Source: Archaeoglobi archaeon (GTDB taxonomy: Archaea > Halobacteriota > Archaeoglobi > Archaeoglobales > Archaeoglobaceae). Taken from it: DNA of 40,059 bases. This document shows positions 19,721 through 29,658 of the stretch, in pieces (the stretch's first letter is position 1; the number at the start of each line of letters is the position of its first letter). A program made the translations under genes and the position numbers. Location: NCBI GenBank assembly GCA_029259455.1, contig JAPDIT010000040.1:1-40059 (forward strand), in the 5' to 3' direction. The notes beneath the pieces were generated by a model. It ran no database searches. It was not told the origin of the DNA and saw only the letters and a list, made by a program, of their open reading frames with translations.

Positions 19721-20280
19721 AAGATGTTTTTTACACAAACGTAAGGGCAGTTACAGATCTGCTAAGTGTATCAGTGTTGTGAGGCAGGCTGATTGACGAT
19801 GGCAGAGTTCTCGACATAGTTTCCAAGGGAGATGTTGTGGCTGTTAAGGCTCACTTTGGAGATAGGGGACGACAAGAGCGATCAGAAGTGTATTCATAAG
19901 GGCGGTCGTTGAGAAAGTAATAGAGGCTGGTGGAAGGCCATTCGTTACCGAAACGACCGGTTTGGGGTTGCTAAGGCCTAGATGCACGGCTGTGGGAAGA
20001 ATAAATATAGCTGAGGAGAACAGCTACACGCATCAGACTCTCAAAGCTGCACATACAGGCTGGTTTCGGAGGAAGCATAAAGAACGTTGGAGTCGGCTGC
20101 GTTGCACATTCTTGCGATTGACAGGGCAAGTGTTGATCTGTACAAGCAGGCTGAAAATCTTAGCGGTGCGCTGCTTAAGGATAAGAAGTTCTGGGACTGG
20201 ACGGATGCTGAGGGGATGCTCGATTACGTGAAGAACTCGGCTTGGGAACTCAGAACTACAGGCTTGTTGATGTTAGTTAG
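19717..20280 (+). pseudogene. DUF362-family Fe-S protein pseudogene with frameshifts and large internal deletions
   Basis: Pieces in different frames: GDVVAVKAHFGDRG / VVEKVIEAGGRPFVTETT / KLHIQAGFGGSIKNVGVGC / ILAIDRASVDL / EELGLGTQNYRLVDVS*. Starts by ATGA overlap with the upstream gene. Confidence 0.8.
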
Positions 20281-21349
20281 AGACTGCAATAACGTCCAAC
20301 CTCTCCACCTTAGCTGGGACTCCTATTTTTTCCGCCAAACTTGGAGTGGTTCTGCCATTGTCTCCGCTCACAAGCTCCTTGATGTAAAGCCCAGCATCAG
20401 CCTCAAACTCCACGACCGCAGCCCTGCCAGTGTGGTGAATCAGCCTAGCATCGAAGAGTCTCCGTATCCTCACCTTATCTGACCTCCTGTGAGACACTCT
20501 GGTTGGAGTTCTCTGCTTTATCTCTCCCTTTAAGCTTTCAAGAGCTTCAATAAGCTTCTCCTTTTCAACCTCCTCCTCAAAGACAATCTTTGCCCTGTAT
20601 TTCTTTCTGTGCCTTTCCATTTTTACCTCTTTCACCTTATCTGAATCGACATACTCAAGCCCGCGAACAGCGACCCACCTCTGTGCATTTATTGCCCTCT
20701 CAAGCTCTCTCAAATCCACAAATCTTCTCCTCGGCTCGATTACTTCAAGCACAAATGGTCTGCCTGTGCCGAGCATTCTCGCATCCACATCTTCCCTCCC
20801 CGCTCCGTGAAGCTTCGCATCCCTCGCCTGGAAAAGTTTTATTGCTGGTGCGGCGATTAAATCTTCAACCGACGAAACGTACCTCTTTCCGGTAAAATTG
20901 CACACCTCACAGCCTTTGCCTTTGCAGTAACCGCAAAGCCACCTTGTCTGTGAGATGTGCCTCACCCTCTTGAGATATCTCCCATAGATATACACAGGCT
21001 TTATCTGGAGGTCAAATCTGAAAGTTTCGAGGTCAAAAAGGACGTTTATGTGCGGGTTAAGACTCCTCTTCTTCCCACTGCTCTTCTCAATAACCATCGC
21101 CAGCTTTGCATTGAACCTCTGCTTTATTTCATATTCAACCCCTTTTAATGAAAGATACTCCTGCAACGCCTTCAAACTCCCCCACACCCTGCTCCCAACG
21201 TTGAAAGTCTCGAACTCATAAACGGACATTGCCTTCACAATTTCCTCTGCAAATTCCTCAGCTTTGTCCAAGGCATTGCAGCACGCTTCGCAGTTTTCAG
21301 CAATTATCCCTTCACCGATGATGCTGTAGCATTCTCTGCAGAGTTTCAC
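20273..21349 (-). CDS. pus10: tRNA pseudouridine(54/55) synthase Pus10
   Basis: GRYLK, SQTRW, catalytic GAGREDVDARMLG, QRTPTRV and GLYIKELVSGDNGRT motifs. Confidence 0.95.
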   Translation of the reverse strand: MKLCRECYSIIGEGIIAENCEACCNALDKAEEFAEEIVKAMSVYEFETFNVGSRVWGSLKALQEYLSLKGVEYEIKQRFNAKLAMVIEKSSGKKRSLNPHINVLFDLETFRFDLQIKPVYIYGRYLKRVRHISQTRWLCGYCKGKGCEVCNFTGKRYVSSVEDLIAAPAIKLFQARDAKLHGAGREDVDARMLGTGRPFVLEVIEPRRRFVDLRELERAINAQRWVAVRGLEYVDSDKVKEVKMERHRKKYRAKIVFEEEVEKEKLIEALESLKGEIKQRTPTRVSHRRSDKVRIRRLFDARLIHHTGRAAVVEFEADAGLYIKELVSGDNGRTTPSLAEKIGVPAKVERLDVIAVSN

Positions 21350-21395
21350 AGAAGAAGTAAGAAAAGGGCTTTAAAACTGCTGTGGCAGTGGTGGC

Positions 21396-21722
21396 ATGAA
21401 AGAGGTTATACTTAAACTCTACGACAAGGCCAACGAGAAGGACTGGAAGCCGTGGGATTTGCAGACGGAAATGAGAGAGATCTATGAGAATGTAATAGCG
21501 GTGGGGGACGACCTTTCATTCACGGTAAAGCTTGAAAATGACGTTAAGGCGGTGAACCTCGAATCATTTGGGGCAAACAGGATTAAGCTACACCCGTTCA
21601 AAACCGCATGGCGATTTGAAAAAGGTTTCATTGCCTACGAGGGGAAATTCTTGAGGATAAGCAGAGAAATTGATAAAAAATTGCTTTCTAAAATCCTCGA
21701 CGCTATCCTGCCTGAGGACTGA
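21396..21722 (+). CDS. Hypothetical protein (108 aa)
   Basis: Fills the gap between pus10 and pfdB; host-like composition; TATA box ~25 nt upstream. No motif recognised. Confidence 0.7.
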   Translation: MKEVILKLYDKANEKDWKPWDLQTEMREIYENVIAVGDDLSFTVKLENDVKAVNLESFGANRIKLHPFKTAWRFEKGFIAYEGKFLRISREIDKKLLSKILDAILPED

Positions 21723-22053
21723 GCATGTTCTGCAGCTTCTGCTGCGTCTCGGCAAATCTCTCTCTCAGCTTCTCCTCCTGCCTTTGCAAGGTTTTTATCC
21801 TTATTTCGTAGGTCTCCTTCTTCTCTGTGAGCTCCTTTATCACATTCTCTCTCTTCTCCTTAACCAGCACGTTGCCCACAGCCTTGTAAACGGGTGTGTC
21901 ATCATCAACCTTCTGAAGCTCCTCTAAGGCCTGCTCAGTATCCCTGAGCAAAGCCTCAACCTGCGCCCTCTGAGTGATTACAGCCTGCAACTGCTGTTGC
22001 AACTGCTGAAGCTGCGCAACCAGATTCTGAACTTGCGGGGGAAGTTCACCCAT
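21703..22053 (-). CDS. pfdB: Prefoldin beta subunit
   Basis: LPPQVQ, Gln-rich coiled coil and VYKAVGNVLV hairpin. Confidence 0.95.
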   Translation of the reverse strand: MGELPPQVQNLVAQLQQLQQQLQAVITQRAQVEALLRDTEQALEELQKVDDDTPVYKAVGNVLVKEKRENVIKELTEKKETYEIRIKTLQRQEEKLRERFAETQQKLQNMLSPQAG

Positions 22054-22270
22054 TTTTCAACACCTCTTCGACCTCTACACACATTTTGATTAGTCGCAGC
22101 CAAGAGTTTATGGCTGCTCTTAAATCTGAAACATCCTCAGCTTCAATTTCTAATACCAGCTTTTCCCCAGATTGATAAACCTTTGCCCTGCTTATGGCTT
22201 CCTTTTCCTCCTGCTTTATGCTTTTAAATATGGCCTCATCAATCCCATCAATTTTGATTTCAGCTCTCAC
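22046..22270 (-). CDS. pcc1: KEOPS complex subunit Pcc1
   Basis: LEIEAEDVSDLRAAINSWLRLI motif; typical position upstream of pfdB. Confidence 0.88.
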   Translation of the reverse strand: MRAEIKIDGIDEAIFKSIKQEEKEAISRAKVYQSGEKLVLEIEAEDVSDLRAAINSWLRLIKMCVEVEEVLKNG

Positions 22271-22314
22271 GTCCTAACTATTTTTTTGAGTTTTATAAGG
22301 TTTGGGATTTTAAC

Positions 22315-22878
22315 TCACTTCACTATCTTTGAAAACGGCTCTACATTCCACCAATCTATCTCATCCACCGTCCATTTAGGATAGCCGGGATACATGATGT
22401 CGTTAATGAAGCTTATCGCCTGCCCCGGATTCTCGTACAACTTCGGGGGATTGTAGTAATAGCTGTTCTTTGCATCGATAATACCTGGAGGGTTGTAGTT
22501 GTTCTCCGTCAGCATTGTAGCCTCAACTGCAACCTGTTCGTGGTTGTCTAGTTCAACTATAACCCACGCATGTTGCAGAGACAGCGAAGCTCCAATATAC
22601 GTGTGAAAGCCCGCGCCTTCGAGATACCATTCGAGGAATGAGGATGATTCGGAGCAGTCAAAGTAATCCCTTTTGTAGGGAGGTAGGGTTATGTTCATCA
22701 GAAGTTTTTCAAGAGTCTCTCTGTCATGTCTCTCTACTTTCGGAGCGTAATTTCTGGCAGCATCGTAGTAGCCTTCCGGAAGAAATGCTTCTCCGCTTAT
22801 ATTGTAGTAAAGAGTGTACAGAATGAAAAGAGTGAGTGATGCGAGAAACGGGTATTTAACAGCCCTCAAAATGCCCAT
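22315..22878 (-). CDS. Membrane-anchored/secreted protein with transglutaminase/papain-like Cys-His motif
   Basis: N-terminal hydrophobic helix, then FDCSE...HAWVIVE...AVEAT. Confidence 0.6.
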   Translation of the reverse strand: MGILRAVKYPFLASLTLFILYTLYYNISGEAFLPEGYYDAARNYAPKVERHDRETLEKLLMNITLPPYKRDYFDCSESSSFLEWYLEGAGFHTYIGASLSLQHAWVIVELDNHEQVAVEATMLTENNYNPPGIIDAKNSYYYNPPKLYENPGQAISFINDIMYPGYPKWTVDEIDWWNVEPFSKIVK

Positions 22879-22979
22879 AATGGTGTTACAGTTTTATCCT
22901 TAAAAATTTATTCCGGCATAATAATGATGAAGTGAGTTAGGCTAATAAACCATAAGCTGCCGAATAAATCGGTTTTAAC

Positions 22980-25655
22980 CTAATCCCAGAACTTCCTCGT
23001 TCTTACGTAGTTCCTCTCTGCCTCGATTAAAGCCTTGAAGAAGTCATTTTCTGTTGGGTAAAATCTCGACAGGATTCTCGCCGCAGTATCTGCTCCTATT
23101 CCGTATGTTGAAAGGGCGTAAACAGCTCTCTTTCCGTACCCCATAACAAGGTTTGCCAGTTTGAAAAGCTCATTTTTCCTGAAATCCTTAACATCCCTTC
23201 TTGAGTTGAATACCGCAATCATTCTCGAACCGCATCTGATGCAGGTGAACCTGTCAAAGCTTCCTACACTCTCAGTGTAGCTGGCCTTGCAGTTGAGGCA
23301 GTAAACCCTTACCACTTCCTTCTCAAGCCTCTCCCTGAAGGCCTTAAGGATTGCCTCATTTGACTTCACAGCAAGTATGTCCATTGCCCTCTGCCTTGCA
23401 GCGAGGCTGATAGGGCTCAACTCATTGTACACAGAAAGCTCAATTTCTCCGCTTTGGATTTTGTGTATGATTTCCGCAGTCCTCTTAACATCCATCTTCT
23501 CAACAAAAATCTCTCTAAGAGCTTCTCTGTAAATTGGTGTGTCTTTCAGCTTCACCACCAAGTTTCTCACATTTATCCTGCTCAGCTCATCCTCCTTAGA
23601 CAAAAATCCAAACTTTCTGGCTGCGTTTACAACCTTCCACTGCATGAGCTTCGTATCAAAAACCGCCCTCTCAGCCAGAGTTTCAACAGCCTCTGGATTA
23701 ATGCTCCCAATTATGCTTTCAACCTCCTTAGGCCTTGCCGGATTTAGCTTGATTCTGTAGGGGTCGATTTCAACAGCAACACTGCTCCCTCTTCTCGCAG
23801 TGAGGAGTAATGCAAGGATTCTGCCGAGAGCCTCGTTCACCTTGTGCCCGAAGCAAGCATTGACCACCACAACATTTTCCGATCCCTCAATGGTCACGTG
23901 AGTGTCCGAAGGAACTGCAAAACCCTTCTCAATTTGCTCTTTCAGAGTTTTAACCACCAACTCCACGTCTCCATCCACGCCCAGAGCTTTAACGGCAGAC
24001 CTTTCTCCTTTCGCCCTGATAATCCCGGCCAACCAGCTTCTTAGCATTCCTACTTCCTGAGCGACCTCAAACGGCACGGGAATTTCCTCTCCAGCCCAGG
24101 AGGGAATCTCACCTTCAGCAGAGACAGGCTCAACTCTCACCACGTCATCAACGCTCAGCACCCTCCACAGCTCTCCTTTCATCGCGAAAATCTCTCCACT
24201 GAAAGTTGAAAGGAAGCTTTCATCCAGAGAGCCAATCGTTCTTCCTGTAGAGACGTCAACAACCCTGTATCTTTTCTCATCAGGGATCATGGAAATGTTC
24301 TCGTAAAAGTATCTCCTCGTGTTTCTTCTCGCCCCGATCTCTCCATCATCGTAGAATATTTTTCCGATGTTGGCAAGAAAACTGCAAACTTCTTCAAATT
24401 CTTTGAAGCTCAGATTTCGGTAGGGAGAAGCCCTCCTGATTATTCTGTAGGCCTTCTTAGCATTAATTCTTCCGTATTCGAGGGCTAAGGCGCATATCTG
24501 GTTCGCCAGAACATCCAAACTTTTGAAGTGAATCTCGACATCCTCCAGCAAACCCTCTTTAGCCCTTCTCACAATGACTAGCGATTCGAGAACATCGTCA
24601 AAGCTTTCCGCAACGATATATCCTCTGGAGACTCTCCCCAACCCATGTCCGCTCCTTCCAACCCTCTGCACGAGCCTTACAGCCTGTCTTGGGCTGTTGT
24701 ACTGGATGACGAGGTTGACGTGGCCTATGTCTATCCCAAGCTCCATTGAGGAAGTGCAGATTAAGGCATCAAGCTCTCCTCTCGCAAACCTCTCTTCAGC
24801 CTCAACTCTTGCCTCCCTCGAAAGGCTTCCGTGATGAACTTCCACATTTATCAGCTTTTTGAGCTTCACACCAAGAGCCTCTGCAGTCTGGCGTGTGTTT
24901 ACGAAAATCAATGCGGAGCCATGTTTTTTCACAGCCTCTGCGATGAACTTGAGCTCTCCTGCAATCTCCTCATCAACATTCAGCTTTACAACAAGCTCAC
25001 TGTCCGGTTCAGGCTTCACGACGGAGATTTCGTACTCCTTTTCAGTTTTCCACTCCAGAATCTCTGCATTTACTCCAATAAACCTCGAAACAATCTCAGG
25101 CTTGCTGACGGTTGCAGAAAGACCGATCGTCTGGAATTTTGTAATCTCTCTCAACCTCTCAAGAGCTACGCTGAGCTGCACACCCCTCTCGCTGTCGATA
25201 AGCTCATGAATTTCGTCAATGACAACATACCTTACATTCTTCAAAGCTTTCCTGAGATTTTTACCCAAAAAGAGAATCTGGAAAGTTTCTGGAGTCGTTA
25301 TTAAGAGGTGTGGCGGCTTTCTTGACTGCCTCGCCCTCTGTGAGTCCGGAGTATCGCCATGTCTGACATCAACTCTAATGCCCAGAGACTCCGCAATCCC
25401 CTTTATTCTTCTCAGCATATCCCTGTTCAAAGCCCTGAGTGGGGTGATGTAGATTGCCACGATTCCGGTATCGCCCGTCTTGAGCATTTTCTCAAATATG
25501 GGGATTATCGCGGCCTCCGTCTTCCCGCTGCCGGTAGGGGCAATGATGAGAACGTCTTTGCCGCTCAGAATCTTTTTATGGGCTTCTAACTGCAATTCCG
25601 TCAGCTTCTCAATTCCTACCGTTCTCAAGGCCTCTCTGAGTCTGCTGTCAAGCAT
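22980..25655 (-). CDS. lhr: Lhr-family SF2 ATP-dependent helicase with C-terminal Zn ribbon
   Basis: APTGSGKT, TTPET, DEIH, SAT, HHGSL, SSMELGIDIG, QRVGRSGH, SMIPD and PSWAGE motifs; C-terminal CLNC...CIRC. Confidence 0.92.
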   Translation of the reverse strand: MLDSRLREALRTVGIEKLTELQLEAHKKILSGKDVLIIAPTGSGKTEAAIIPIFEKMLKTGDTGIVAIYITPLRALNRDMLRRIKGIAESLGIRVDVRHGDTPDSQRARQSRKPPHLLITTPETFQILFLGKNLRKALKNVRYVVIDEIHELIDSERGVQLSVALERLREITKFQTIGLSATVSKPEIVSRFIGVNAEILEWKTEKEYEISVVKPEPDSELVVKLNVDEEIAGELKFIAEAVKKHGSALIFVNTRQTAEALGVKLKKLINVEVHHGSLSREARVEAEERFARGELDALICTSSMELGIDIGHVNLVIQYNSPRQAVRLVQRVGRSGHGLGRVSRGYIVAESFDDVLESLVIVRRAKEGLLEDVEIHFKSLDVLANQICALALEYGRINAKKAYRIIRRASPYRNLSFKEFEEVCSFLANIGKIFYDDGEIGARRNTRRYFYENISMIPDEKRYRVVDVSTGRTIGSLDESFLSTFSGEIFAMKGELWRVLSVDDVVRVEPVSAEGEIPSWAGEEIPVPFEVAQEVGMLRSWLAGIIRAKGERSAVKALGVDGDVELVVKTLKEQIEKGFAVPSDTHVTIEGSENVVVVNACFGHKVNEALGRILALLLTARRGSSVAVEIDPYRIKLNPARPKEVESIIGSINPEAVETLAERAVFDTKLMQWKVVNAARKFGFLSKEDELSRINVRNLVVKLKDTPIYREALREIFVEKMDVKRTAEIIHKIQSGEIELSVYNELSPISLAARQRAMDILAVKSNEAILKAFRERLEKEVVRVYCLNCKASYTESVGSFDRFTCIRCGSRMIAVFNSRRDVKDFRKNELFKLANLVMGYGKRAVYALSTYGIGADTAARILSRFYPTENDFFKALIEAERNYVRTRKFWD

Positions 25656-25750
25656 CGCAAAGGCTATGTAGGCTGGAAGGGGATTAAAGTTTTTCCCTTG
25701 AAGTTTTACACTACAAAAACCTTAAAAAATTCTTCAAATAATTGGCTTTA

Positions 25751-26200
25751 ATGGTAAAAATTGATGATGTTGACATAAAAATTCTGAAGGAATTGCAAGA
25801 AGATGCGAGAAAGAGCCTGAAAGAAATTTCGGAAAAGGTAGGAGTGGCTGAGGGGACTGTTTACAACAGAATAAACAAAATGAGGAAAATTGGACTGATA
25901 AAGAAGTTCATTCCTGTAATCGACTACTCACTGCTCGGATACGACCTCATAGCGATAATAGGCATTACCGCAGAGGGTGGATATCTAACGGAAATTGAAA
26001 AGGAGATTGCAAATGAGAAGAACGTCACTGCTGTGTATGATGTCACAGGGGACTACGACATTATAGTGGTGGCGAAGTTCAAAGACAGGGACAGCCTCAA
26101 CGCCTTCGTAAAAAGAGTGGCGGGGATGAAGAGAGTTCTAAAGACTTACACAATGCTCGTGCTGAACGTCGTCAAGGAGTCGCACCTCATAGATCTCTAA
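25751..26200 (+). CDS. Lrp/AsnC-family transcriptional regulator
   Basis: IDDVDIKILKELQEDAR helix-turn-helix and YDVTGDYD RAM-domain motif. Confidence 0.93.
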   Translation: MVKIDDVDIKILKELQEDARKSLKEISEKVGVAEGTVYNRINKMRKIGLIKKFIPVIDYSLLGYDLIAIIGITAEGGYLTEIEKEIANEKNVTAVYDVTGDYDIIVVAKFKDRDSLNAFVKRVAGMKRVLKTYTMLVLNVVKESHLIDL

Positions 26201-27336
26201 GTTGTGTACTCAGCATTCAGCTTTACATAGTCATATGTGAGGTCGCAACCTATTGCAAATCCTTTGCCAGACCCTTTCTCAAGCTTTATTTTTATGATGA
26301 GGTCGTCTGAGTTTTGCATGAGATTTCTTGCCTGCTCTTCTGTCCCCAGAGGTCTTCCTGCATCAACGAGGAAGATTTCTTCCTTACCGTCAGATAAGCT
26401 GAGCGTTACTCTTTCGTCAACATTAGCCCCGCTGTAGCCGGCAGCGGCAATTATTCTTCCCCAGTTAGGGTCACAGCCAAATATTGCCGTCTTGACAAGC
26501 AGAGAGCTTGCGACTGCTCTCGCAATCAAGTTTGCATCATCATCGCTCATCCCGCCCTCAACACGAACCTCGAAAACCTTGGTAGCACCCTCTCCATCCC
26601 TCGCAATCTGCTTTGCTATGCTGTAAAAGACTGAATGTAGCTCCTGCTCGAAAACATCCTTCTCAACTCTCTCCTTGCCAGTTGAAACAAGCAAGACGGT
26701 GTCGTTGGTTGAAGTGTCGCCATCAACAGTCAGCCTGTTGAAGGTGCTGTCAACAGCCTTCTTGAGCATTTCGTAAAGCTCTCCACTGTCAAATTTTGCA
26801 GAGGTGAATGCAAAGCACAGCATCGTTGCCATGTTTGGAGCAATCATCCCCGCGCCCTTTGCCACCGCAGTTATTCTTCCTTTCTCGGAATGAGCTTTTT
26901 TCACGAACCTGTCTGTGGTGACAATAGCCTCCCCAAATCTATGAGCATTCTCAGGAGAATTTCCCAAAGAAGAGTAAACTTCAGGAGCCTTCTTCCTTAT
27001 CCAGTCCATGTTCAGCTTTCTTCCTATAACCCCAGTCGATGCCACAGCCACTCTCCTCTCATCACACCCCAAAAGCCCCGCAGCAATCCTGCACATCTCC
27101 TTGGCATCCTTCAGCCCCTGCTCACCGGTGTAGGCATTGGCATTACCACTGTTGACTATGATGCCCTCCACAACTCCTTCTCTGATGTTCTCCTCACAAA
27201 CGATAACTGGAGCGGCTCTGATTTTGTTCTGCGTAAAAACACCTGCTATACTCCCCTTTACCTTTACAAGTCCCAGTCCATACTTTCCCTCCTTTATTCC
27301 GTTGCAAAAGACTCCGTCGATATCAGTAATTTCCAT
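26197..27336 (-). CDS. argJ: Ornithine acetyltransferase / N-acetylglutamate synthase
   Basis: NSGNANA, STGVIG, KGAGMIAPNMATML, VDGDTSTND, DGEGATK and DPNWGR motifs. Confidence 0.96.
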   Translation of the reverse strand: MEITDIDGVFCNGIKEGKYGLGLVKVKGSIAGVFTQNKIRAAPVIVCEENIREGVVEGIIVNSGNANAYTGEQGLKDAKEMCRIAAGLLGCDERRVAVASTGVIGRKLNMDWIRKKAPEVYSSLGNSPENAHRFGEAIVTTDRFVKKAHSEKGRITAVAKGAGMIAPNMATMLCFAFTSAKFDSGELYEMLKKAVDSTFNRLTVDGDTSTNDTVLLVSTGKERVEKDVFEQELHSVFYSIAKQIARDGEGATKVFEVRVEGGMSDDDANLIARAVASSLLVKTAIFGCDPNWGRIIAAAGYSGANVDERVTLSLSDGKEEIFLVDAGRPLGTEEQARNLMQNSDDLIIKIKLEKGSGKGFAIGCDLTYDYVKLNAEYTT

Positions 27337-27355
27337 GCTGCAACTCTGTTCAAGT

Positions 27356-27385
27356 AAATTAAAATTTTCAGAAAATTTTTAATTT
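27356..27385. promoter_or_regulatory. Dyad-symmetric back-to-back BRE/TATA promoters of argJ and pgk
   Basis: AAATTAAAATTTTC-A-GAAAATTTTTAATTT; each half reads GAAAA-TTTT(T)AA ~28 nt from the respective start codon. Confidence 0.6.
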
Positions 27386-27405
27386 TCACGTTCCGAATTG
27401 GACTG

Positions 27406-28626
27406 ATGATCGACGGCCTTCCAACACTGGATGACATATCTTACAAAGGAAAGCACGTTCTGCTGAGGGTTGATATCAACGCACCAATTGTGAATTCAAC
27501 AATTCTGGATACGAGCAGATTTGAGAGTCACATTCCGACGATTGAAGCTCTTGAAGACTCCAAGCTCGTGCTGATTGCGCATCAGAGCAGGCCCGGAAAA
27601 AAGGATTTCACAACTCTTGAAAGCCATGCGTCAACTCTCTCAAAGCTACTCGGAAAAAGAGTCGAATACATAGACGAAATTTTCAGCAGAGGCGTTCTCA
27701 GGAAAATAAAGGAGATGGAAGACGGAGATATACTCTTGCTTGAGAACGTGAGGTTTTACTCGGAAGAGCAGTTAAACAGAAGCGCTGAGGAGCATGCTGA
27801 ATGCCATTTGGTCAAGAAACTAAGCAAAGCCTTTGACATCTTTGTCAACGATGCCTTCTCTGCCTCCCACCGAAGCCACGCATCTCTTGTAGGCTTTGTT
27901 CCCGTTCTACCATCCGTTGTGGGAAGGCTGGTGGAGAATGAAGTAACTGCCCTGAGCAAACCTTTAAGGGGGGAAGGGAGAAAAATCTTCGTTCTTGGAG
28001 GAGCTAAGATCAAGGATTCCGTGAAGGTGCTTAAAAACGTGCTGAAGAACGGAATAGCGGAGAAAGTCGTTCTGACAGGTGTCGTCGCCAACTACTTCCT
28101 CATGCTGAAAGGATTCGATATAGGGGAAGTGAACAGAAAGGTTGTGGAGGACAACAAGGAAGATGTGAAAGACGAGGAAATGAGGGCTATTCTCGAAAAG
28201 TATTCCGATAAAATCATCCTCCCCATTGACTTTGGAGTGGAGAAAGACGGTGTGAGGGTTGACACCCCTCTGGATAGATTTGATGGTAAATATAAAATCA
28301 TGGACGTAGGACTTGAGACGGTCAACATGCTTTCAGAAATCATCCCGCAGCACGATTACGTGGTTTTGAATGGCCCTGCAGGAGTTTTTGAAGATGAACG
28401 CTTCTCTCTCGGGACGTATGAAATTCTGAGAGCTGCTACAAAAGCAGGCTACTCCGTAGTTGGCGGAGGACACATAGCCTCTGCAGCCCGCTTATTCGGT
28501 CTCTCGGATAAATTCAGCCACGTATCAACTGCAGGAGGGGCATGCATCAGGTTTTTGAGCGGTGAAAAGCTTGTAGCCCTTGAAGTTATCAAAGAATACT
28601 GGAAGAGGAAGTGGAGCAAATCTTAA
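27406..28626 (+). CDS. pgk: Phosphoglycerate kinase
   Basis: RVDINAP, AHQSRPG, LLENVRF, NDAFSASHR, LGGAK, NGPAGVFE and STAGGA motifs. Confidence 0.96.
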   Translation: MIDGLPTLDDISYKGKHVLLRVDINAPIVNSTILDTSRFESHIPTIEALEDSKLVLIAHQSRPGKKDFTTLESHASTLSKLLGKRVEYIDEIFSRGVLRKIKEMEDGDILLLENVRFYSEEQLNRSAEEHAECHLVKKLSKAFDIFVNDAFSASHRSHASLVGFVPVLPSVVGRLVENEVTALSKPLRGEGRKIFVLGGAKIKDSVKVLKNVLKNGIAEKVVLTGVVANYFLMLKGFDIGEVNRKVVEDNKEDVKDEEMRAILEKYSDKIILPIDFGVEKDGVRVDTPLDRFDGKYKIMDVGLETVNMLSEIIPQHDYVVLNGPAGVFEDERFSLGTYEILRAATKAGYSVVGGGHIASAARLFGLSDKFSHVSTAGGACIRFLSGEKLVALEVIKEYWKRKWSKS

Positions 28627-28754
28627 TTTTTTAAAATTTCTTAACGATAAAATTTTATAGCTTTTGTTTTACTTAAAGGGATTAATCAGATAGTTGTTTT
28701 TAGCAGAAAACGTTAAATATTGTCTAAAATTTTCCAATGAAGAGGTGTGATAAA

Positions 28755-29655
28755 ATGAATTACAGATTACAGGGAAGAATATGAAAAAAAGCTTATCAGT
28801 CCTGAAGAGGCGGCAGGGCTTGTAGAGAACGGAATGCACATCGAATTCGTAGTTCTGCTAACACTGCTCTGATTATAGACAAATATCTCGCAAAAAGAAA
28901 GGACGAACTTGATTATGTAAAAGTCGGGATGTTCATAGACCTTGCGCACTATGAATTTCTTAAAGCAGATCCAAACGGAGAAGTCTTCGACTGGTCGAGC
29001 GGTTTTCTCTACCGCCCAGTAAGGAAAACCAGCAAGGAACTTGGTCCATGCGTTTTTAGGCCAAACCTTTACCATGACGTTCCGAAGATTGTCAGGGAAT
29101 TCGCGAGGACTACGATCCCATAGATATCGTCTACATCGTCACGACACCCATGGACAAGCACGGTTACTTCAACTTCGGCCTTACCTGCTCGCACATGAAG
29201 GCGCTGGCAGAAGTAGCGAAGAAGGTCGTTGTGGTTGTCAAGGAAGACATGCCGTGGATTAACGGAGCTACGACGAATGCATCCACATCTCAGAGGTTGA
29301 TTACATCGTTGAGGATAGTGAGATGCCGCTCCCCTTCATACCCTTCACCCCACCACCAACCAAAGAAGATGAGATGATTGCCGAAAACATACTCAATGCT
29401 GAGACAAAAGATGTAGAAAGCTCATTCAGGATGGCTCAACCATACAGGTGGGAATTGGCGGTCTGCCGGACACAGTTGTCAAGCTGCTTAAGGAGAGCGG
29501 CTACAAGAATCTTGGTGTTCATACCGAAATGATGGGCGATGGTACGCTTGAGCTCATTGAGGAGGGTGTGGTTACCAACGATCAGAAGAAGCTTGACAGG
29601 GGGAAGAGCGTTTTCACGTTTTGCCTCGGTTCACTGAAGCTATACGAATACCTCC
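28755..29655 (+). pseudogene. Acetyl-CoA hydrolase / 4-hydroxybutyrate CoA-transferase pseudogene, 3'-truncated
   Basis: Reconstructs as MNYREEYEKKLISPEEAAGLV..., TPMDKHGYFNFG, QVGIGGLP, LGVHTEM and TFCLGSLKLYEYL. It has several frameshifts, including a 7-bp duplication at 28759-28772, and runs directly into IS sequence. Confidence 0.88.
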
Positions 29656-29658
29656 TGC

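Noticed and set aside
22924-22963. Possible C/D-box sRNA (ATGATGA ... CTAA ... CCGA) between lhr and the downstream gene
   Set aside because: No C' box, only ~40 nt, non-canonical D boxes, and no rRNA/tRNA target I could identify.
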